A stretch of DNA of 64,000 nucleotides. It comes from Raillietiella orientalis (Eukaryota). Where the stretch lies: assembly GCA_036172245.1 (NCBI GenBank), contig JAYWIR010000001.1, positions 10,602,001 through 10,666,000 on the forward strand, given 5' to 3'. A program made the position numbers and the translations under genes. This document shows positions 55,600 to 64,000 of the stretch, one piece after another. The notes under the pieces are model-generated. The model was not told the origin of the DNA, did not search any database, and saw only the letters and a program-made list of their open reading frames with translations. Within the stretch, counting starts at the first letter, position 1. Each line of letters begins with the position of its first letter.

Positions 55600-58500
55600 C
55601 TAAAAAAGACAAAACGCTAATGAATAACGAGAAAATAACGGTACTTGGATGTTCAGTACTGAAAACAGTACACCAATCACGCTTGGTTGAAACCGAGCTG
55701 GTGTGTACAATTAATTAATTCTCCGAGCATCCCTGCGAATCAATGTACACAGAAGCGCGCCCCTATTGGTACTATCTGTGACTCCATGAGGACATATCCA
55801 AGCTCTTCCGCAGTTGAAGCGTCTCCTCTGCATTCATGTGGATGACTTTTGAACTTTTAATCTGCGGCTCCCAAATGATATTTTCTCTCAACTGTTTTCT
55901 TCACGCAATGCAGACTCATGCAACGGGATAAGAAGGAATCGGTTTGATCTAGGTGACAACTTGGTGAATCCAAATTGCAATCTTGTTTCAAACTTCACGC
56001 CAAACTGGACCAGCAGCATCCGCCTTTGCGGGCTGGATTCTGCACTCCGTATTCTGCTCCACAAACTCTACCGTTTTCAGGCTCGCCGTTCCTCTTTTAC
56101 AACCACCGTTTTCCTTTTACTATGGAAACAGCTTGTATTAGTTTAATTATCTGCTATAAAAATCCCGAATAGTCAACAAGAGTTTACGGACTGTTCCGCT
56201 TTGACGGTCCCCTCTCGATTAAACATGGCAGAGGGGACTGTACTCTGAAAAAAGGAACGATTCGATTGCCGTTTTAATGCGTCATGATTTCCCTCCGATA
56301 AATCCATTCCCGTCATACGAGAAGAGAAGAAACAAGATACAAAACAGGAAGTGTTTTTTTTTTTTCCTCTCTCTCTTAACAAAACGACAAGTTGCACGAA
56401 GAAATTTCATCGTGCTGACAGCGACGTTTTTCTCGTCACTGCCGGGGTTCCTATAAGCAATAAATAAAAAAAATCTAAACTACGAATAAATATGTAATAT
56501 GTACAAGAGAACCAATCACGGAAGAATTTTGAGGAGAATCTCCGGAGGCAAAGTCTCTGATGGACTGGAACATGAAGATGGGAAGCAAACCGCAACAGCT
56601 ATTTATAAAACAATCTTTTTTTTTTTTTTTCCAAAAAAAAAGATTGCACTGGGATACCCGAAAAATTATTTTTCAAAAAATGCCGACAAGCCTTTCCAAA
56701 AGTCTATGTTGCAGTCTGCTTAAGCTGAAACTTTATGTTGAGCAATCTTAATAATAATCACAGTGTAACACTAATAAGAACTAGCAGGAGGTTACAGAGA
56801 GTTTTTTTCTGTTTTCTTTTGTTTGCTTTTTGAATTTATTGTCTACATAACTGTACACATACTTACATAGCACACACATTGCAAACATATTTTGCATGTC
56901 TAATACACATGCACCCAATACGATGCAAGCAGGTTACCATATTCATATACGTGTACTTTCGTATATTTACTTTCGCAAGGAGTTTACATTATCAAAATCA
57001 TCGTACCATTAAGTAAAAAATAACGCTACTGCCTCACAAAATATTCCTTTGGCCGAAAATATTCCTTTCGTACAAGAAAAAAAAATAATAATAAATTTTC
57101 CAGCGATGCTTTCCCTATCAGCAAAGTCGCAGCATCTTCACAAAGCTGTCATCGTCAAGTTCGCTGTGCAGTTGAACTTCATTTGCATCAAAAACCTATT
57201 GAACTCGAGAAATAGCAACGCTTCAAGCAATTCGGAAGAAGTGGAAAACTGGGCACAATCATTGACTCATGAACTCAGTTGTGACTTTCCAATAGGAATG
57301 TTTTTTTTTTTTTTTTCTGCTCAGAAAGTCTGAGCCTTCGTCTTCAAGACCGATTGAAATTGCGATGGGTTGGATGCATGAAGAAGCATCTAGTCCCACA
57401 CAAAAGAAACACACAGATTTGCCTAGGCACGAGCAAAGGATGCCTTCACTTTCTGTGACTCCACAGATGGGATGAATTAAGGGAAGCATGTTTATTTTTT
57501 CTTTGAGGAAAAAAACACATTTTCAGGGAAGCCAAAGTGCGCCAGAGTTAAGTGCATGGCGACCGGGACGGAGCACGACCACACGGCCGCTGAAACAGCT
57601 GATGCGAACACGCACTGAGAGGAGTTTCCTGTTTTTTTCAAAAAACAAAAAATCTGCTCCTGAGCTTCAAAAAGCATTTCAATTTACAAAAAGAGACTCC
57701 AAGGACACAATGAAATCACAAATGAATAATCTATTAGCCAAATTACACGTTTTTCGATCTTCTGATACATACTAGAAGTAAAAAAACTATACAGCATGGA
57801 TAGTAGACGACTCGAATGCTCTCCATGCCTGAAAGTGCAGAACATTCAGGAAAGACAGTTGCTAATTACTTCCATACGTAATAAAATTTACGTCTTATAG
57901 TCACTAATTACTTCTACTGTATGTAAATGCAGTATGCACAACTCTGTATACACAATGACGCACGATGGACGTTCGCATGCATATGAGAATTTTGCCTTTG
58001 AGTCTTTAATATTAATTATTAATAACTTTTTTAACACTCTCCGGGAAGAGATGACGTAGAAAAATCCAAAACCGGGCTCATGGATGAAATAAATTGATGA
58101 AAACAATTTAATTTCTAATGGATTGAAACACTTCTTAACACCCTTGTTTGGGACACCCTTCCGCAGCGACGCCACACGGAGTTCAGATTCTGGAATTCCA
58201 CATACAGTATACACAACGATTTCAAGAAATGACACCCGAGCATTTGGGAGCATAAAGTACTCAAAGTATGCGCTAAAACTTTAGAAAAAAATCCGTGTGA
58301 AATTATCTAACGTAACAAAGACTGTAAAGAAACTCAGAGCCACGAGGCACGCCACGAGATTAAAGATGCAGAGCATCCATATATTGGCTATAAAAAGTTG
58401 AAGGAAGGCACGTTCTGAAAGTCCAAAGGGAATATAAAAGCATCTCTTAGCGATGTTTGCCGTTACCTCCACTTGGTGCTTTGAAGACTTGGCAGGCTAC

Positions 58501-59279
58501 AACTTAACATACGAGCGCTAGCTGCCAGAGACGTACCGTTCTCCAGTAAAGCAAGTGAGTAGCAAGCAAAAAGCGGGGGATATCGTCAAAAGAAATTCAA
58601 AACAGCAGCAGCAGGAAAAGGGAGGCGCGCTTCAGACCGCACTGGAGGAACGCAAAGCTGTATGAGATGCGACAATATGCATCTATGCAACCTCGGTCTC
58701 CACTTGAAAGCCCGTGAAAAGCACGAACAAATCGACATCGATGAACTACTGTTAAATGGTTCGTTCAGCAGGAAAGTCTATGGCGTCTACTGGTCCCTTC
58801 TGCCAACAGCCAAAGACGAAGAACTGCTTATTTCTAGAAAACACCTTGATGAGCCCTATCTGCTGGATTGAGAGGGACAGAATACAGCCACAAGAAAGTG
58901 ATGATACCAACGCTATAAACCTTGAAAAAGAACAGTGGCTCAGTGAAACTGGTCCCGAAAGGAGTGAAGGTCACAACGAAAACGATCTTGGTTCGCTACT
59001 GACGAAGATGCTCTAGAACTCTACAGAATTCAAGGAAGAAACAATTTGCCAGAAACTTGCAGACAGCCTCGTTCTTACAGTCTTTTTCTAACTTAACCAA
59101 TATAGAAAGCATACGTGAGATAAGCAGCAGCAAGAAGAATATTAAAAAATACAAGCAATACTTTTGTTTACCTAAAGAAACAACAAAAACTTGACCGTTT
59201 CGATATAAGAATTCTTTGAGCTGAAACACTAAGGTGGAAGAATGGGAAATTTTGGATGTAAACACCCAAAGTTTTCCTG

Positions 59280-59900
59280 CTAGTGCACCATTGCTGACAA
59301 ACCCAAAAACAGGGAACCTGAAGAAAATCAAACGTATTTTTCCAGAAAGATGGTGACTTTCCAACGGGTCAAGACATGAAACATGGCTCGAGTACTCTTT
59401 TAGAGAATTAATACCGAGGAGTATGACTTAATGAATTGAAAAGTATATACGGAGAGCACAATGAATTCGTTGGATCCAATTCTGATTGCTGACAGTCCAG
59501 TGAAGCGCGAACAGTCCTTCCAGGCGTCTTTCAAGCCAGATTGCAAGAACTGAAAAGGTGGAACATCTGCTGCTAGCACTGATGATGATGACAAGTCTTT
59601 GTCGGGTAGGTAGCAGCAGGTTGGCTGAGTTCTCAGGAGACCATGTGAACACAGCGGACTACTTCCTACTATCCAAGGTCAAACACAAAGTGTGACACAC
59701 GGAATGCGATGAGAAAAAAAACGATACACGAAAAGATTTTGAAGAAAAGAATGCAACGCACCACATAAAAGAAGGATTAATTCCCAGGAAAGGTGCTACA
59801 GGGCCTGTGGCCAAGTGCCCGACGAAGTAATGGAACAAAGCAATCCAGAAATTTCTGCACGATTCAGAATGAATTCGAAAACCTGAAGCATGGATGAAGG
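59280..59900 (+). mobile_element. Possible hAT (ZMYM1/TTF-type) transposase relic in NUAK intron 1
   Basis: KRIFPERW*LSNGSRHETWLEYS (59330-59398; cf. R.F...W...L.NG....WL.YS) and *WNKAIQKFLHDS (59828-59866; cf. NWKKA..KF..HE.S). No TIRs seen. Confidence 0.4.
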
Positions 59901-62900
59901 CACACAAAACAAAGATCGGTTGGAAAAGGTTCCCCTTACAAATTTTATTTCCATGTTTCCATCTTATCAAAAAAGAACGCCACACGTAAAGTGCTCACCA
60001 TATCACAAGAGCTATTATAGCTGTAAAATAACCTTCTCTTTGGTTTACTGCATGTCTAAACTTCACAGTGCAGCACTCCTTTATGGCAACACAAATCCCT
60101 GTCCTTAAGTCCCAGAATCCAAGTTCAATGGCCATGTGTACGTTTTCATTCTGTATGCACGCACGCAGACAGAAGCAAATTGTATTACGTCTTAGTACAA
60201 AATACGAAGACACACGTAAAAATTAAATGCTTTTTTACTTCTTTTACAAATGGCTGACGAATCGGACAAATGATTTTTGGAACACTTGACTAAACACTTT
60301 TGAACACGCCGTCACGAGGCAATCAATGTACTGTAACTGGATATTCAATCACACAATCCATTTTCTAATAAATTACGTACTAAAAAAGCTGATGAGCAGA
60401 AAAGATACAAAGGAAAGATGCAACTCCCACAAGTACTTTATCTAAATTAAGTAACTGAGGATTAATTCTAAAATCAAAAAGCACAAAATTTATTATAAAT
60501 TAATTCATAGCTTCTATTTCAAGAGAGGCTATACCAAAACAATACTTCTCTACGTATTTTTTTTTTATTCTCTTATCTTTGAAGATTAAAACGATGCATT
60601 AAATGAGTCGAACCTTGTATGGACTTGTATGGACTAATGAAAACAACACATGTTATATGCATGAATACTTCTTTAATATGCTTAACGCAGACTACCACTT
60701 CTGCCACTATTGCCCCCCGTCACAAAAAACAAATGGGTCCACAAGCAAAATAGATCAGGCTTCCCTCACAATCTGAATAGCAATTTCAAATCTTATTTCA
60801 AACTCAGAAAGCTCTTTGCAATCAAAAACTCCCTTGCCATACCCTACAGCAAATTCCAAGAGATTTCCTGAATTTTAGAGAGGTTGCAGTGACTGAAAAT
60901 ACAAAACAGGGAGGGGAAGGTTTTCTGATGTGCCATTCTTAGGGATTTTTTGGTTATACTGAACTGGAAGCGTACATTCTGTTGTATACAGTTACGTAGG
61001 AAAACTTGTATGCTGATTTTTCCTCAATGTTTCATGAACCTACACTGATTAAAAGCATATCATGGTTAGAGAAATTGATGAATTTTATCAATAAATATGA
61101 TACGGCCGTATAATTGACCAACATAAGCAATATCATTTTTTTTTTTTTTTGAATACATTTAGAATCACCAACATGCACTGCATTATTTTTCCATACAAAG
61201 GGTGCATGTACTCACACAGTACACTTATATTTTATGGTGAAAGCAATGTTCTAGTTTATTTCAATTAGTATTCAAGTGCAGTTATTCATTTGGTGATACA
61301 CAGTGATACAAATTTCCATCTCCTAGTTCATACAGTTATGAAATTTGAAGATGTAGGTAACCTAGGTAGCATCAAAATGAAATTACAAGATGAGCACTTT
61401 CCAAGGTGATTATGAATTTGTCCGATACAAAAATAAGTAGTAGACTCACTTCATCAGTGAATTTTTGAATCTGCATATCCAACTGTCCAAAAGTTAAAGA
61501 TTGAATTTTTTAATATGCTATAAGATGTCATGCCATGCTTTTCTAGTAACAACTGTATTTTGAAAATAGTATACAGTTATTTTCTAATATATAGTAATCA
61601 TTGTGGAAAACTGCTCGACTCACATAAAGCTACACAATCCTAAACACATGAGACAAAGAGAAAGCTTCACTAGTTAACAGAAACCTCCACATCAATACAT
61701 TGGCATTAGAATAAACACTGAATGGACCCATTTATAATACACAAGCACAAAATGCGTTTTCAACAGTCAAATAATGGTCAAATGAAGCAAATCATTATGA
61801 TGAAACATAATCATGAATCAAGTGGATCGCAAAATCTTAATTTACAATACAAAAAATAATTAAATCAGAAGTTAATAATGAAAACCGAAACTCTAAAATT
61901 GATTTTGAATTTCATTAGATGTTTTTATGAAGCACATTAGAGATGTATCACCACAAATTACAGGGGCTATATGAAGGAATTTTACTTTTATGTCAAAAAT
62001 CACATGCATAAATAAATAAACTATTATCCACATTCACAGCATGTAGAATTTTTACCTGATTGATGAAACACTCACTTATAGAAGCTATTTGCCAAATCAA
62101 AAATATTTGATAATAATCAGATTACAGAATGCTTTAGGACATGGACAAAATGATTTATTCTTCCACACCTTAACATGGCAACTGAATTATGAAAAAAATA
62201 GAATTATGAAAAAATGCTGTAATTTCTTAACAGGAATAAACTGATCCCAGATTACTAATATAATGGATTCTTGGATTGTGCTTGGATTCTTTATTGAAAT
62301 CTGATGATATGTCATCTCTTGAAACAGTTTTCAAAATAAAAATACTTTCTGCAATTTCTGCACTTTCTCCCTTGATAATTATGTGCAACTTGCAAAACTT
62401 TTCAACATCTACAAAATCTTATGCAAGACAATGAGAATCAACTCCATCACTAAACACAACTAAACCTCAGAAAGGCGTAACGAAATTTTCACATAATTCC
62501 ATGTCACTAAAGGAGTACAAGAATAAACTACACTGGATTTGTGTTCCTCTGTTCACATGTGCTTAGGAAAATAAAAAGAATACAAAAGAATGATATGATT
62601 AACTCAGCAATTGATGAGCATGCTGATCGGATTTGTCCAAAGTCACAATTAAGGTATCTCATTAGAACATATATTTGAAAGTTTTCTTCTTAAAATAATG
62701 GCTTACATTGATTCAATAAACACATCAAAGGATTTAAACAGGATTTGAAAATGTTGAATACCTGAAAAGATCTACAGCTTGAAAAATATTGTACAAAAGT
62801 AATTCAGCTATTTCGGAAATCCAAATTAATTCATTATGAAAGGTTATGGAACATTCATTACTACCATTCCTTTTTAAACACGGCACAGGAATCACACTAC

Positions 62901-62976
62901 GGAACTTTCAAACGAAAATCATTTGTGGCATAGAAAGCTTCCATTTAACAGATTTCGAATTAGAAACTCATCTTAC

Positions 62977-63083
62977 CTGTGTTTTAGTTTATGTCGATGG
63001 CTATTTAGCCTTATTCCTGAAGAAGAAGGCATTCCGTTGGTGATACTTGGTGTATCAGAAGTAGCGGATAAATTGACCACCAT
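62977..63083 (-). CDS. NUAK: NUAK exon 1 (start)
   Basis: MVVNLSATSDTPSITNGMPSSSGIRLNSHRHKLKH(R), matching the NUAK pre-kinase H-x-H/K-x-L-K-H-R motif. In-frame TAA 18 nt upstream of the ATG; donor AG|gtaaga. Confidence 0.88.
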
Positions 63084-64000
63084 GATTCTATTTGAATGTT
63101 ATGTTCTGTTCATCAAATGCATGTCGCTACCTAACTCCAGCTGTAATTTGTCAATATGGGTTGCATTGTGCTTTTTACAAAATGAATACTATATAGGAAA
63201 TAAGGCTATATAGTTATTTAAAAATTGTATCATTGATTCTCATGCATATACCCTCAACTTTTAAGCATATTTAGGAATGCCGACACCTTATAATATGCAC
63301 TTAACGATTAAACATATATACTTTACTTGTTAAACACAAAAGTCAGCAGCAAACAAATTTAAAATGTACAAACGGAAAAAAACGAGTGCCATAAGTTATG
63401 ATAATGCACCATCGTTGCAACCCACCACACCTTGCAGGTATTACCGATGTACTAAAACCCCGTTTTATTTGTGCAGATTACCAAGTGTCTGTTGCAAAAT
63501 TTGTATACGTAATCATTTATTTGTGAATTTTTCTTGCAAGATTCGTGACTTACGCCGTAGAATTAGGAGACCGTATTTTACTTTAATGCATGATCAAGCC
63601 AATAGAAAAGCTGAATTAGTAAATAATCATGGGGATTTTGATGAATATTTCTGCGCATCTGCATGCCATGCATAGCAAATGCATGTGCAGATACACACAT
63701 GAGTACACATGTACATGTGCATTTATGTATAATATTTGTATACATACAGATACTAAGCAGAAAAATGTGAAAACACCTGAAGGTGCATAAACATACACGC
63801 ACTCATACACACACATACATATATAGGTGCTATCAGTATGTATTTTAGTTGCGGGTCTCATTTTTTTCAGATTTTTCCAGGTTTTACAAGGAGTTTTAAA
63901 AAAATAAGCAACCTTTAAAGGCTAGGAGTTTTTTGTAAATTAATAATGCACTCTAAAAATATCATATATACAATTTTTTAATCAAAAAATTCTGATAAGA

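Larger units (their letters stand above)
42001..63083 (-). other. NUAK: NUAK-family SNF1/AMPK-related kinase gene, 13 coding exons, ~1692 aa
   Basis: complement join(63083-62977, 55599-55521, 49318-49198, 49140-48989, 48940-48875, 47597-47467, 47417-47296, 47237-44288, 43972-43852, 43786-43615, 43233-42482, 42431-42196, 42070-42001) = 5079 nt, open throughout, all GT-AG. The last three exons are less certain than the kinase exons. Confidence 0.9.

Overview
Eukaryotic (metazoan, most likely arthropod) genomic DNA containing two convergent, spliced genes that the ORF track shows only in fragments. On the + strand are the last four coding exons of a neuroligin (5577-13641; the 5' exons lie outside the window). 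On the - strand is an apparently complete 13-exon NUAK-family (AMPK-related) kinase, ATG at 63083 to TGA at 42001, about 1692 aa by my exon sums, with every intron GT-AG and phase-compatible. The ~28 kb between the two 3' ends holds many decayed L1/Tx1-like non-LTR retrotransposon relics, several copies of a tRNA-headed SINE rich in CCC-TTCG-GGG hairpins, CT/GA-rich tracts, an AT-rich island and a few inverted repeats. I found no CRISPR, rRNA or intact tRNA gene and no intact transposon. I cannot show a wholly new biological system. The best leads are a steep GC/CpG gradient inside the NUAK gene, twin IPI motifs and alternative ends in the long NUAK tail, the structured SINE and its apparent seeding of GA-rich tracts, and very short (48-65 nt) introns.
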